Positions 17,344 through 26,991 of a stretch of DNA of 64,000 nt are shown in pieces (the stretch's first letter is position 1; every line of letters begins with the position of its first letter). A program made the position numbers and the translations under genes. This DNA is from a virus. The DNA lies in the IMG/VR virus record IMGVR_UViG_3300037193_001436, positions 43,210 through 107,209 of that record, one strand, 5' to 3'. Under the pieces are notes generated by a model. The model was not told the DNA's origin. It was given only the letters and a program-made list of their open reading frames with translations, and searched no databases.

Positions 17344-18357
17344 TCAGTACTCGTCGTCGAGGTTGTTGTCGGCGATCACCTTGTTCAGCTCGGCCTTGGT
17401 CTTGACGGTGTAGATCTGGTCGGCCTCGAACAGGTTCTCTTCCAGCTCGTCCAGTTCTTCCGCCGTCAGGGGCTCGGTGTCGAAGTCCTCTTCGAGGTCG
17501 CGGGCCTTCACCGGCCGGACGCTGGTGGTGTAGCGGTCGTTCTTCTTGGTCCGGGTGATGGTCCAGTAGATGTCGTCGCGGTTGAGCGGGCTGGTCTTGG
17601 GGTTCTCGGCGAACTTCTCCAGGATGTCGCCGACCTGGGTGCCTGCCGTCCAGAGCTTCACCTCCGGCGGGTTCAGGTCCATGTCGGCCACGTTGAAGCA
17701 GACCTTCACCGACGGCCGGTCGCCGAGTTTGTTGCAGAACGGGCAGTCATCGCCCAGGCAAACGTAGGAGCGCCGCTTCTCGTCCTTGCCGTCCTTGATG
17801 GTGATCCAGTGCTCGGCATAGGACGCGACCGGCTCCTCGTCGAGGATCTTGATCAGCATGTCGGTGTTGTCGAGGATCTTCAGGTTGTCCGCGAAGTCGG
17901 ACTTGACCGAGTCGGCAGCCTGCCGGTAGCCGCCCCAGCCCTTGCGTGCCGTAGAGCCACCCCGGCGCTCTGAGCGCCCGCCACGGCCTCCGCGCTCCTC
18001 CCGGTCGTCGCGGCCCCTGGAGCTGCGTCCACGGCGCTCTGAGCGCTCCTCACGGTCTTCTGTGGAGCGGCTGCGCCGGTCGCGGCGGTTGGCGAACTCG
18101 TCCAGGCCGCCGGGGTGGTCGGCGAGGTCTTCCCGGGAGCCGCGACGGCGGCGCGGGCGCTCCTCCTCGGGCTCGTCTTCCGGCTCGTCGTCTTCCTCGT
18201 CGTCGGAGAACCGGCTGCGGCGGTCGCGGCGGCGCGACTCCCCCTCGTCGGGGTCCTCGTCCCGGCGGCGTCCCCGGCGCGATCGGCCCTCGTCGGCCGC
18301 GTCCAGGTAGTCGTCGGTCTCGGTGTCCTGACTGCGTCGGCGGCTAGTGCGCGGCAC
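17344..18357 (-). CDS. gp32-like single-stranded DNA-binding protein with R/D/E-rich N-terminus
   Basis: HW...C....CPFC zinc motif, acidic C-terminal tail, position next to polA. Confidence 0.7.
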   Translation of the reverse strand: MPRTSRRRSQDTETDDYLDAADEGRSRRGRRRDEDPDEGESRRRDRRSRFSDDEEDDEPEDEPEEERPRRRRGSREDLADHPGGLDEFANRRDRRSRSTEDREERSERRGRSSRGRDDREERGGRGGRSERRGGSTARKGWGGYRQAADSVKSDFADNLKILDNTDMLIKILDEEPVASYAEHWITIKDGKDEKRRSYVCLGDDCPFCNKLGDRPSVKVCFNVADMDLNPPEVKLWTAGTQVGDILEKFAENPKTSPLNRDDIYWTITRTKKNDRYTTSVRPVKARDLEEDFDTEPLTAEELDELEENLFEADQIYTVKTKAELNKVIADNNLDDEY

Positions 18358-18619
18358 GGGTGCTCCTCTTGTTCAGGTCGTCCAGGTACGAGTGGATGTA
18401 GCTGTCTTCTTCGTCGGTGTGGATCCGCGCGTCCTCCAGATCGGGCGCGGTGATGATGTCCAGGGCCTCGTCGAGCATGATCGTGGCCAGCTCGACGTCA
18501 CCCGGCTTGCCGCCGGTGATGACCTTGACCGAGGCGAACACCTCGACCGACTCGTAGTTGCCCATATTCACGTGGTGCAGCCGGGACTTGGAGATCTCGA
18601 TCTGCGAGGGGTCGCTCAT
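18344..18619 (-). CDS. hypothetical protein
   Basis: MSDPSQIEIS..VNMGNYESV; ATGA coupled. Confidence 0.7.
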   Translation of the reverse strand: MSDPSQIEISKSRLHHVNMGNYESVEVFASVKVITGGKPGDVELATIMLDEALDIITAPDLEDARIHTDEEDSYIHSYLDDLNKRSTRAAH

Positions 18620-19074
18620 GACGGCCCGTCCTTGGCCGCGAGCTGCTTGAACAGCGCGAGGACCCGGGCCTTGAAGTTGGTCGACGCGATCTCGCGCCGG
18701 TCGTTGGAGAGCAGGCCCTCCTCGTTGGCGATCTGGATCATGCCCTCGATCTGGGCGCGGGTGTACAGCCGACGGCGGCCGTGCTGGCTGCCGTTCTTCC
18801 CGGCCCGCTGGTAGGTGGACTTGGGGATGATGCCCTTGCGCTCCCACTGCCGGATCGTCAGCGGCTTGCGGTTCATCGCCATCGCCAGGTGCCCGACGGT
18901 GAAGAACTCGGTGTCGACGCCGTTGCGCTTGTAGATGCGGGGCTTGTCGTCCCACCCGTCGGTGCTGGCCTTGGCCGCCTCGGGGTCACTGCGGTCGATC
19001 TTGCGCTTGCTGCCGGGGTAGTACTCCTCGGCCAGCTCGGCGACCTCTTCGTCGTACGTCATCGGCTCACTCAC
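18616..19074 (-). CDS. MerR-like HTH DNA-binding protein
   Basis: FTVGHLA...TIRQWERKGIIP...RRLYT. Confidence 0.85.
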   Translation of the reverse strand: MSEPMTYDEEVAELAEEYYPGSKRKIDRSDPEAAKASTDGWDDKPRIYKRNGVDTEFFTVGHLAMAMNRKPLTIRQWERKGIIPKSTYQRAGKNGSQHGRRRLYTRAQIEGMIQIANEEGLLSNDRREIASTNFKARVLALFKQLAAKDGPS

Positions 19075-19513
19075 TGATCGGGCGGAAGGCGAACGTCTCG
19101 CGCTCGGCGAACATGGAGTCGAGTTCGGCGTCGGTCAGCAGGCCTTCCTGGTTCAGGACGTAGACCTCGTTCTGGTCGATCTCGCGGATCACGACCGTTG
19201 CCCGGTTCCACAGGCCCTTGTCCTTCAGGACCTTTTCGGCCACCTCGGTGTCGAACGACTGGCTCACCCGGCGCTGCTGCTGGAAGCCGACGTACTGCTT
19301 GTCGCCGTACTCCAGGGGCTCCGGCAGGGTGAAGTTGCGGTGTCCCTTGTCGTCGGTCTCGCCGTGCTCGACGACGTGCTGGGTCAGCTCCTTCTTCAGG
19401 CCGTCGATCCGCTTGGTCGACGTGGCCACCTCGTCCTTCAGGACCAGGAACTGCAGCAGCTTGCCGACGATCGTCCCCGTCGACCGACGTCGGACGGTCC
19501 TGGTGGAAGCCAT
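19067..19513 (-). CDS. conserved phage hypothetical protein
   Basis: RBS; coiled coil followed by beta domain. Confidence 0.75.
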   Translation of the reverse strand: MASTRTVRRRSTGTIVGKLLQFLVLKDEVATSTKRIDGLKKELTQHVVEHGETDDKGHRNFTLPEPLEYGDKQYVGFQQQRRVSQSFDTEVAEKVLKDKGLWNRATVVIREIDQNEVYVLNQEGLLTDAELDSMFAERETFAFRPISE

Positions 19514-19604
19514 CGAAACCCCTTCTCGCTACTCGACTTCAGAGGACGTTAGCGGAACGGGTTCCGAGAACCTAGTAAACGTAGTTGTTGTACCGGAACA
19601 AGAA

Positions 19605-19638
19605 GGACCCTCCCACAGGAGAGGTCGTGGGAGGGTCC
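19605..19638 (-). terminator. intrinsic terminator after the SNF2 helicase
   Basis: GGACCCTCCCAC/GTGGGAGGGTCC stem followed by TTCTTGTT on minus strand. Confidence 0.65.
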
Positions 19639-19681
19639 GTTCGACGGTCGGGGTTGAGACGACCCGTCGGCGGTGTCAAGT

Positions 19682-21289
19682 CTACGAGGGTGTGTCGGCC
19701 AGATAGGAGGTCAACGAACCGACCGTGTTCTCGATGACTCCCTTGCTGTCGGCACCGACTCCGTCCAGGGTGGCGCTGGCCACCTGGCGCTTCATGGCCA
19801 GCATCTCGTAGGTGCGTTCCTCGATCGATCCGCCGATCAGGTAGTTCAGGATGTAGACCTGCTGGTGCTGCGACCCTACGCGGACGTGGCGGCCGTTGCG
19901 CTGGTCCATCTTCCCGGCCGACCAGGCCAGGTCGACGTTGATCAGGTAGTTGGCCTGCGGGAGGTCGACCCCATAGCCCCCAGCGTCCGACGAGACGAAC
20001 AGCCGGACGTCGGGCTCTGTCTGGAACAGCACCCGCGCGGCGGCCTTCTGCTTGACACTCATGTCGCCGGTGTAGGTGACCGCCTGCGTGTGGGTGGAGC
20101 CGAGCCGGTCGGCCAGTTCCTGGACCATGTCCTTGTAGAACGAGAACAGGATCACCTTGGCGTCCGGCTCGGACTCCAGAATGTCGGTGACGTCGGCAAC
20201 GATCTGGTCGAGCTTGTTCGAGGGCGCATCGACCAGCAGCCCGGCCTCCATCAGCCCGGCGGCATAGGCCGACCCCTCCCCGTCGCCCTTGAGGTACTTC
20301 TCGGCGGACCTCTGCAGGAGCCGGGGATGGTCGCAGAGCATCAGCATGGCGCTGGTGCGAGCCATGATCTCCCCGGCGGCGCTGCCGAGCTGACTGGGCA
20401 AGGTCCCTGCGTAGTACTGGGTGAGGTCGAAGCTCTGGGTCATGTTGGCGTCGGCCAGCGCGGTCTGCAGATCCCCGGCGATCCGCTTGTAGAGCTTGCG
20501 GAGGCTGGGGTGCAGGGTGACCTGCCGGACGGACTCCTGGACCTGCGGCAGGTACTTGGCCACATCGGGGTCGGTCCTGGTCTTGCGGACCATCGCCTTG
20601 CTGACCTTGCGGTGCAGGACCTGCAGGTTCTTGTACTTGACCACCCCGCCCCAGTTGTTGCGGACGATGAACGAGCGGTCGAACAAGTCGAACCGGCCGA
20701 GCACGTGCGGGTCGACCCACTCCATGATCGAGTACAGCTCCTCCGGCCGGTTCTCCACCGGCGTACCGGTAAGGGCGTACCGGAACGGTGCGTCGAGTCG
20801 CTTGGCGAGCTTGGTGCGTTTGGCCCGGAAGCCCTTGATGGCCGAGGCCTCGTCGAGCACGATGCAGTCCGGCCTCAGCTTGCGGATCCAGCGGAAGTCG
20901 TTGCGGACCTGCTCGTAGCTGACGATGACGAACTCCGGCCGGTCCCGCAGGGCCTGCTGGTAGGCGGCCTTGCGCTTGTCCGGCGTACCGTCGACCACGA
21001 CGCAGCCGGACTGCTCTGGCACCCAGATGTACACCCCTCGGCGGAGCTGGACCCGGCGGCAGGAGATGTCGGTGAACTTGGCGATGCTCTCGGCCCACTG
21101 CCACTTCAGCCCGGCCGGTACGACGAGCAGGGACTGCCTAACGGCTCCCTCGGCGATCAGTTCCTCGATGGTGGCCAGGGCGACCAGGGTCTTGCCGAGG
21201 CCCATGGTGTAGGCAACCAGCAGGGAGCCTCGCTCGACCGCCCGGTCGACGGCCTCTTCCTGGTAGGGGTGCAGGTCAACCGTGAGCAC
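19682..21289 (-). CDS. SNF2-family (SF2) helicase
   Basis: MGLGKT, LDEAS, LTGTP, GYGVDL, QRNGR. Confidence 0.95.
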   Translation of the reverse strand: MLTVDLHPYQEEAVDRAVERGSLLVAYTMGLGKTLVALATIEELIAEGAVRQSLLVVPAGLKWQWAESIAKFTDISCRRVQLRRGVYIWVPEQSGCVVVDGTPDKRKAAYQQALRDRPEFVIVSYEQVRNDFRWIRKLRPDCIVLDEASAIKGFRAKRTKLAKRLDAPFRYALTGTPVENRPEELYSIMEWVDPHVLGRFDLFDRSFIVRNNWGGVVKYKNLQVLHRKVSKAMVRKTRTDPDVAKYLPQVQESVRQVTLHPSLRKLYKRIAGDLQTALADANMTQSFDLTQYYAGTLPSQLGSAAGEIMARTSAMLMLCDHPRLLQRSAEKYLKGDGEGSAYAAGLMEAGLLVDAPSNKLDQIVADVTDILESEPDAKVILFSFYKDMVQELADRLGSTHTQAVTYTGDMSVKQKAAARVLFQTEPDVRLFVSSDAGGYGVDLPQANYLINVDLAWSAGKMDQRNGRHVRVGSQHQQVYILNYLIGGSIEERTYEMLAMKRQVASATLDGVGADSKGVIENTVGSLTSYLADTPS

Positions 21290-22286
21290 TGGACATCCAG
21301 GGGAAGCTCGCCTTGCTGATGCTGGCGCGGATCTCGGTGTGGGCCATCTCGCCGGGGTCCTTGACCTTGTACATGTACGGCATCACGAGGATCTGCATCC
21401 GTCGGTGCCACTCGTTGTAGATGCGTTCGGAGTTCTTCCGGCCGTCGGGGTCGTTGTCCAGGGCAAGGATCAGGGAGTCGAACCGCTCCAGCACGAGCTG
21501 CATCTGGACGTCGCTCACTCCAGCGCCGTACGACGACAGCGCGCCGGGGATCCCGGCGGACCAGATCACGGCGGCGTCCAGTGGTGCCTCGACCATGATC
21601 GCCCGCTTGCCGGGGTCGGGCTGGTCGAGCCCGAACAGGGTACGGGACTTCTCCACCTGGCGCGGGCGGTTGCGGAAGTAGCGGCCCTCGACGGCCTTCT
21701 CCTGCCATCCCAGCAGGGTGTTGGTCGCCGGGTCGCGGATCGGGGTGATCCAGGCATCCTTCTGCGGGTCGTAGAGCACACCGTAGGCCGCCGCTGCCTC
21801 GGCCGTGATGTTCCTGGTGGCGAGGACGTTCCTCGGCGGCGGGATGCACAGCGCGAGGTCGGCCTCGGTGATCGCCTTCCGCCGGTCCTTGCGTGTCAGC
21901 TCGTGGATGTAGCCGCCGGTGAGCAGGTGCTCGACCCGGTCGAGGCTGCCCCGGGAGCGGACCCAGGCGTCGGCCTCGTTGCTGGGCAGGTCCAGGACCT
22001 CGCGGACGACGGCGGCGAACGGGCCCCGAAAGCCGCAGGCGAAGCAGTTGTGCACGCCGGTGTCGATGTTCACCGACCAGGATGGGTCGTTGTCTTCCTT
22101 GCCGACCAGCCGTAGATGCCCGGGGCAACGGGCTACCGCCTCGTCGCCGGTGATCCGCAGCACCTGGATGCCGAGTTCGTCGAGGCACTTGAGCACGTCG
22201 CCGGGGACCCAGAGCGGTCCGTTGTCGCGGTCCTGCTTGAGGCGGCGGGTGCGGTCCCAGCCGCTACTCGAATCCGCTCTGCGCAT
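21276..22286 (-). CDS. DNA primase (CHC2 zinc finger plus TOPRIM)
   Basis: CPGH..D..PS..CFACG; VEAPLD; LDND.DG; KDPGE; start uncertain. Confidence 0.9.
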   Translation of the reverse strand: MRRADSSSGWDRTRRLKQDRDNGPLWVPGDVLKCLDELGIQVLRITGDEAVARCPGHLRLVGKEDNDPSWSVNIDTGVHNCFACGFRGPFAAVVREVLDLPSNEADAWVRSRGSLDRVEHLLTGGYIHELTRKDRRKAITEADLALCIPPPRNVLATRNITAEAAAAYGVLYDPQKDAWITPIRDPATNTLLGWQEKAVEGRYFRNRPRQVEKSRTLFGLDQPDPGKRAIMVEAPLDAAVIWSAGIPGALSSYGAGVSDVQMQLVLERFDSLILALDNDPDGRKNSERIYNEWHRRMQILVMPYMYKVKDPGEMAHTEIRASISKASFPWMSSAHG

Positions 22287-23535
22287 CGACGTCGGCCTGG
22301 TTTTCCTTCGCGAAGGGGTCATACTCCAGCTCCTCGAAGATCCCGGTGTCCCAGTCCCACCGCACGTACTTCTCCATCCGGCGGGTGCTGCGTCCGTCGA
22401 GCACCTTCAGCTTGTTGATGTCGTCGATTTCAGTCTTCTCCACGCCGACGACCAGATCGGAGTCCTGCAGGAAGGAGGAGGAGTAGCCGATCGAGTCGCT
22501 GGTGATCCCGCGTCGCTTGTCGGTCTTCCAGCTCAGCGCCTGGGTGGACTGGACGATCGGCAGGTCAAGGTTCTGGGCCAGCCGCTTCATGCCCCGGGTG
22601 ATGTTGGTGATCGCCTGCGGTGAGCCCTGCGGCTCACCCTGCTCGTCCCGCATCATGTAGACGCCGTCCACGAACACGATGTCGGGTTCGCAGCGCTCGA
22701 TCTGTGCCTGGAGTCCGGTCAGCGTGGTGGCGGAGTTGATGTCGGAGCTGACGAAGAACTCCGGCATCGCGACGAGCCTGCGCCAGGCCCGTTCGAGCCG
22801 CTTGTACTCGTCAGGGTTGAGGGTCCCGGTGCGCAGCCGCTGGTGCGACACCCTGGCCAGGAAGGCGGCGTGTCGGGTCTGCTGTTCGGGGTTGGACATC
22901 TCGAAGCCGACGGTCAGCGGCCGGAACGCGTGGTCGTGGGCGGCCATTGCCGCGAGCAACATCAGGGTCGACTTGCCGGACTTCGGCAGGCCGACGAAGG
23001 TGATGAGCTGTTGGTTCTGGAAGCCCTGGGTCGCCTGGTCGATCGAGTGGAACCCGCTGGGGATCCCGAGCAACTTGCCGTCGCGCTTGCGCAGCTCGGC
23101 GTAGGCGGCTCGTCGTCGCTCCAGGGTCTCGGCCGTCAGGTCGTCGATGAAGGAGCGCGGGATCTCGTTGTGGAGCTGGCTCATCGACTGGGCCAGCACG
23201 TCGAGGCTTTGCTCGGACTCCCCCATCTTCAGCAGCTCGGAGGCGCGCATCAGCCCGTCGGCGAGGATGGCGTACCGCCGGTTCTCCCGCATCTCGTCGA
23301 GCAGGTACGCCAGCGGGTGCTGTTCCGGATCGGGGAACGTGACGGTCGGGTAGTCCTTGTGCAGGACGTCGAGGCTGGGAACCTTGCCGTACCGGAGCTT
23401 GTAGTCGGTGATCGTCCGGAACAGCGTGCGGTTCATCCGGTCTTCGAAGAAGTCCGCCGTGATCCCGGCATCGCTCACGGCACCGAAGTTGCCGGTCGCA
23501 ACGATGCTGGCGATGAGGCTGCGCTCGATGTCCAT
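22264..23535 (-). CDS. dnaB: DnaB-like replicative helicase
   Basis: GLPKSGKS, FEMS, FVDG, SSFLQDSD. Confidence 0.93.
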   Translation of the reverse strand: MDIERSLIASIVATGNFGAVSDAGITADFFEDRMNRTLFRTITDYKLRYGKVPSLDVLHKDYPTVTFPDPEQHPLAYLLDEMRENRRYAILADGLMRASELLKMGESEQSLDVLAQSMSQLHNEIPRSFIDDLTAETLERRRAAYAELRKRDGKLLGIPSGFHSIDQATQGFQNQQLITFVGLPKSGKSTLMLLAAMAAHDHAFRPLTVGFEMSNPEQQTRHAAFLARVSHQRLRTGTLNPDEYKRLERAWRRLVAMPEFFVSSDINSATTLTGLQAQIERCEPDIVFVDGVYMMRDEQGEPQGSPQAITNITRGMKRLAQNLDLPIVQSTQALSWKTDKRRGITSDSIGYSSSFLQDSDLVVGVEKTEIDDINKLKVLDGRSTRRMEKYVRWDWDTGIFEELEYDPFAKENQADVDAQSGFE

Positions 23536-23985
23536 CTACCAGGCTCTCAGGATGTCGGGCTGGGCGGGGTTGATGATCCGGCCCTTCTTGCCGTAGGTCA
23601 GTTGGTGTGCCGGGTCAGGGTCGAAGATCGCACCGAGGTCCGGCATGGTTGCGATCTTGCGGGCCAGCTTGTTCGGCTCGGCGTACCAGACCCGGTGGAC
23701 CGGCAGGTCCTGGTTGTCGATCCAGTGCTCGATGTGTTCGACAGCCTTCGGGTCGAGGTAGGTGACAACCTCCAGTTCGTAGTGCAGTTGCCAGGTGACG
23801 TGCCACATCTGCCGGGCCAGTGGTTCATTGACGACCATCTCCTCGACGGCCCGCTTCCAGCGCCGGGTGCGGACCCAACTGTCGTAGCGGATCCGCATGA
23901 GGTTGCCGGGCACGATGCCGACCAGGTGCTCGAAGACCAGGACCAGCCGGGGCACCAGCTCGTTGGACAGGTCACCGCCCTGCAC
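23536..23985 (-). CDS. conserved phage hypothetical protein
   Basis: GTG 23985, MQGGDLSNE..LVFE. Confidence 0.7.
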   Translation of the reverse strand: MQGGDLSNELVPRLVLVFEHLVGIVPGNLMRIRYDSWVRTRRWKRAVEEMVVNEPLARQMWHVTWQLHYELEVVTYLDPKAVEHIEHWIDNQDLPVHRVWYAEPNKLARKIATMPDLGAIFDPDPAHQLTYGKKGRIINPAQPDILRAW

Positions 23986-24205
23986 GTGCGTCCCACTCCA
24001 GCGGGAGTTCGAGCTGGCCGTCGACCTGGCTCGGGGTGTCGTTCCTGAGCAGCCAGCGACGAGCGTCGTCCAGGATTTCGTAGGCCAGCTCGGCCTCGTG
24101 CGGACACGTACCACGCGTGGCCTGGTCGAGCCTGGAGAGCAGTCGGATGTACTGGTCCCGGGAGACCCGGATCTCGTCTGGTGTCTTGCCTACGACAACG
24201 ACCAC
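23972..24205 (-). CDS. hypothetical protein
   Basis: AAGGAG RBS. Confidence 0.6.
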   Translation of the reverse strand: MVVVVGKTPDEIRVSRDQYIRLLSRLDQATRGTCPHEAELAYEILDDARRWLLRNDTPSQVDGQLELPLEWDARAGR

Positions 24206-24234
24206 GGCCTGCGCTCCTTCTCCCGATGAGGGGA

Positions 24235-24906
24235 TCAGGATTGCGGTTGGTCGTTGCCTGATTCAAGTTGATGGTTTGGGTCCAACAACTGCGATCGCAA
24301 ACGTTCTTCGACCCGGAGTTCCTGTAAGGCGTTCCGGTAGTCGGTGTCGTTCGCCAGCGAACCGTACTGGTTGCCGGGAACGGTCTTGAGCTGACCAGCG
24401 GCGTCGAGCCGCTGAATCTCGTCGGTGGCGTACTGGGTCTTCGCCTGGTCCCACAGGTCGGTCCAGTAGTCGTCGATGAACTGGTTGACGATTGCGTTCC
24501 GGGTCATGTGCTCATCGACGTAGTGCTGCCAGTAGATCCGGATCATCCGGCCGAGCAGGTCCTCGGTCAGGTCGTTGCCGTGCTGGCGAATGAACGCCCA
24601 GATCTGCTGGTCGTGCTTGATCTTGGTGACCAGGTCCTCGGCGAGCTGCCAGGGGCTGACCACGCGGGTCCGGCCGTAGGCCTTGCCGGTCTCGATGAAC
24701 AGCCGTACGAGCCGCCAGGTGCGCTCGGTCCGCTCCGGCGGACAGGGCGGGAAGTCGTGGTGTTGCTGCGGCTTGGGCTGGGAGGGAGCCCGCCAGGACC
24801 GGCGGGGTCGTTCCTCCGGCTGCGGCCGGTCCTCCAGCTCGTTCTGTGCCAGTGACAACGGATCGTCACTCCCAGGTGGCCGGAACTTCTCCCGACGGCC
24901 AGCCAT
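24235..24906 (-). CDS. hypothetical protein, possible C-terminal half of a replication initiator
   Basis: ATG 24906 after AGGAAGGGG; same frame as 25015..25491; upstream of the helicase. Confidence 0.6.
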   Translation of the reverse strand: MAGRREKFRPPGSDDPLSLAQNELEDRPQPEERPRRSWRAPSQPKPQQHHDFPPCPPERTERTWRLVRLFIETGKAYGRTRVVSPWQLAEDLVTKIKHDQQIWAFIRQHGNDLTEDLLGRMIRIYWQHYVDEHMTRNAIVNQFIDDYWTDLWDQAKTQYATDEIQRLDAAGQLKTVPGNQYGSLANDTDYRNALQELRVEERLRSQLLDPNHQLESGNDQPQS

Positions 24907-24958
24907 CCAACCCAGCCCCTTCCTATGTCTATTCCTAGGTAAATCCCTATGTCTTATG

Positions 24959-25047
24959 GAAGGGTCAGTCACTGACCCCATAAAAGGTCACTCACTGACC
25001 TATCGAAGGGTCACTCACTGACCCCTTGAAGGGTCACTCACTGACCC
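24959..25047. repeat. four near-palindromic repeats at exact 23-bp period (iteron-like; candidate origin)
   Basis: GGTCA(G/C)TCACTGACC starting at 24963, 24986, 25009, 25032; AT-rich tract 24921-24960 adjacent. Confidence 0.85.
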
Positions 25048-25491
25048 ATTGCGCTGCCGGAAGTCGACTACTCTCAGTCGCGGAGGTGGCGGATCGAACA
25101 TGGGCGGCAAGGCCGTCTGGTCGGTCCGGTGGGAGGCTCGGATCATGTCGAACTGCGCCGACCAGTACAGCCGGATGATGCTCGGTGGTCGGCCTGGAGA
25201 CCCATCGCCTGGCCGTGCGTGACGGGTGAGATAGCCGTGATCGCTCTGCAGCGACGCGAGCACCTTCTTCACCGTGTTCTTCGTGAGGCTCGTCCAGGCC
25301 ACGAGCGCCGGGATCGACGAGTAGGCCTGCATCACCTGGCCTACGGGAGCCCTCTCTGGGTTGTCCTCCCGGTAGAAGGCGTGGTGGGTCAGCACCAGCA
25401 GCAGGTGATGTTCACTGGGGCCAAGGAAGGCCGCTTGCTCGAATGCCCAGTTCATGGCCACGTGACTCTTGGTGTCGCCAGGGGGTATCAT
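25015..25491 (-). CDS. HTH protein resembling phage replication-initiator N-termini
   Basis: AMNWAF...SEHHLLLVL...SIPALVAWTSLTKNTVKKVLASL...GYL. Confidence 0.7.
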   Translation of the reverse strand: MIPPGDTKSHVAMNWAFEQAAFLGPSEHHLLLVLTHHAFYREDNPERAPVGQVMQAYSSIPALVAWTSLTKNTVKKVLASLQSDHGYLTRHARPGDGSPGRPPSIIRLYWSAQFDMIRASHRTDQTALPPMFDPPPPRLRVVDFRQRNGSVSDPSRGQ

Positions 25492-25513
25492 CAGCCCTAC
25501 TTCTGTGAGTGGT

Positions 25514-25547
25514 AGAGGGGCCCCGAAATGCCTGCCGGGGCCCCTCT
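25514..25547 (-). terminator. GC-rich hairpin, probable terminator
   Basis: AGAGGGGCCCCG/CGGGGCCCCTCT just after stop of 25555..26652. Confidence 0.65.
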
Positions 25548-25554
25548 TTACGTG

Positions 25555-26652
25555 TCAGTCCTCGCTGATGACGTCGCCGGTCTTCGGGTCGACGGTCCGC
25601 ATCGGGACGCCCTTCGGCGGCCGTCCACGGCCCTGCTTGTGCCAGTTGCCGTCCTCGTCCTGCCACTCCTTCACGCCGCGTTGGGCGGCGGTGCGTTTGC
25701 GGGCCGGGGTGCCGTCCTTGCGCGGCCGACCGCCCTTCGGCGAGACGTCCTCCGGCTCTTCGGCCTGGATCTCCTCGGGATCGGTCACGAGGTCGGCTTC
25801 CGTGCTGCCGGTGTACTTCTCGATCGCCTCGCCGAGCAGTTTGTAGAGCGCCGACGGCTCGACCTCAGGCTTGAGGGTCATGGCCGCGTGAGCGCAGTCA
25901 AGGCTGTGGACCAGGGACAGCGATGAGGTCAGCGCGTGCAGGACGACGTCAGCACCCACGGGCAGCGGCTTGTCCGCGACCTGAGTGGTCGTCTGTGCCC
26001 TGTGGCGGGCCCGGGATACCTCGGCCTCCACCGACTCCTCCTGGACGCTCTCAGGGGCTTCTGCGGGCTTCTCGCGGGGCTTGCCCCGGCGCGGCCGTGG
26101 GGCCTGCTCGGGCTCGTCGTCGAGGGACTTGTCCTTGGCGGTCCGGCGGCGGCGCGGTTCGGGCTCCGGTTCCGGCTCGGTCTGCTCGTCCTCGTCGTCG
26201 CCGAGGTGCAGGTCGTCGAGGCCGGAGGTCAGGTCGAGGACCTTGATCCCCTTGGTCTGAGCCAGGTCGACCAGCTTCTCGGTCGCCTCGTCGGCCTCGG
26301 ACTCCTCGCCGTAGGCCACGATCAGCCGGACCTCTTCGTCGGCCTCGGGGGCCGACAGCCGGTCGACCAGACCGAGAGACACGTTGCGGGCCTCGATCTC
26401 GCCCTTGGAGCCGTCCAGGATCCGCTTGTTCTTGCGCGTCTCGACGTCGTAGACGGCCTCGTACGGGATCTTCGAGTCGACGGTCCAGTCCAGGAGCATC
26501 AGGACGGTCTTGGACAGGTACTCGTCGGACGCCGGGATGACCACCCGGACGTCGTCATACAGCTCCAGGTAGTCGTTCAGCAGGTCGTCGATGTTGGTCT
26601 CGGTGACCTTCCCAGGCCCGGCAAACCCGAGCAAGATATTGCGTCCCATCAA
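25555..26652 (-). CDS. hypothetical protein with disordered charged middle and AT-hook-like motifs
   Basis: GGAG RBS; GGRPRK and GRGRPPK motifs. Confidence 0.75.
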   Translation of the reverse strand: MMGRNILLGFAGPGKVTETNIDDLLNDYLELYDDVRVVIPASDEYLSKTVLMLLDWTVDSKIPYEAVYDVETRKNKRILDGSKGEIEARNVSLGLVDRLSAPEADEEVRLIVAYGEESEADEATEKLVDLAQTKGIKVLDLTSGLDDLHLGDDEDEQTEPEPEPEPRRRRTAKDKSLDDEPEQAPRPRRGKPREKPAEAPESVQEESVEAEVSRARHRAQTTTQVADKPLPVGADVVLHALTSSLSLVHSLDCAHAAMTLKPEVEPSALYKLLGEAIEKYTGSTEADLVTDPEEIQAEEPEDVSPKGGRPRKDGTPARKRTAAQRGVKEWQDEDGNWHKQGRGRPPKGVPMRTVDPKTGDVISED

Positions 26653-26730
26653 CCCTCTCCTCGAACGCGTTCTAACAACTAGTTCCGACTTGGGTTCACG
26701 GTACAGGAACCCATGGACGGTTTGCGAGCG

Positions 26731-26991
26731 TCAGGGCAGATTGGGTATCCGGGTCCGGCGCGGGAGCACCATCGGGGGCACCTCGCGGCCCAGCGCGAGG
26801 GTGTGGAGCAGGCCGACCGCACCGGTGCAGGCGAGCGCTGCCCGCCAGTCCGGCCAGGCCAGAGCGAGGGCCAGACCGAAGACGAGCAGCGGCTGGACCC
26901 AGGTAGGGGGTGTCCAGGGGGACACCGTGAGAGCTGACTCCCACGCCCCGAACACCCCCAGCACGAGGATGACGAATCCGAAGACGCTCAC
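26731..26991 (-). CDS. small membrane protein
   Basis: GTGA coupled to holin; hydrophobic. Confidence 0.65.
   Translation of the reverse strand: MSVFGFVILVLGVFGAWESALTVSPWTPPTWVQPLLVFGLALALAWPDWRAALACTGAVGLLHTLALGREVPPMVLPRRTRIPNLP

Noticed and set aside
19553-19566. GAAC-N2-GTTC sites as LexA boxes
   Set aside because: The spacer is 2 bp; LexA boxes need 4 bp
24959-25047. Repeat array as a mini-CRISPR
   Set aside because: The 23-bp period leaves only about 8 bp between cores, so there are no spacers; no cas1/cas2
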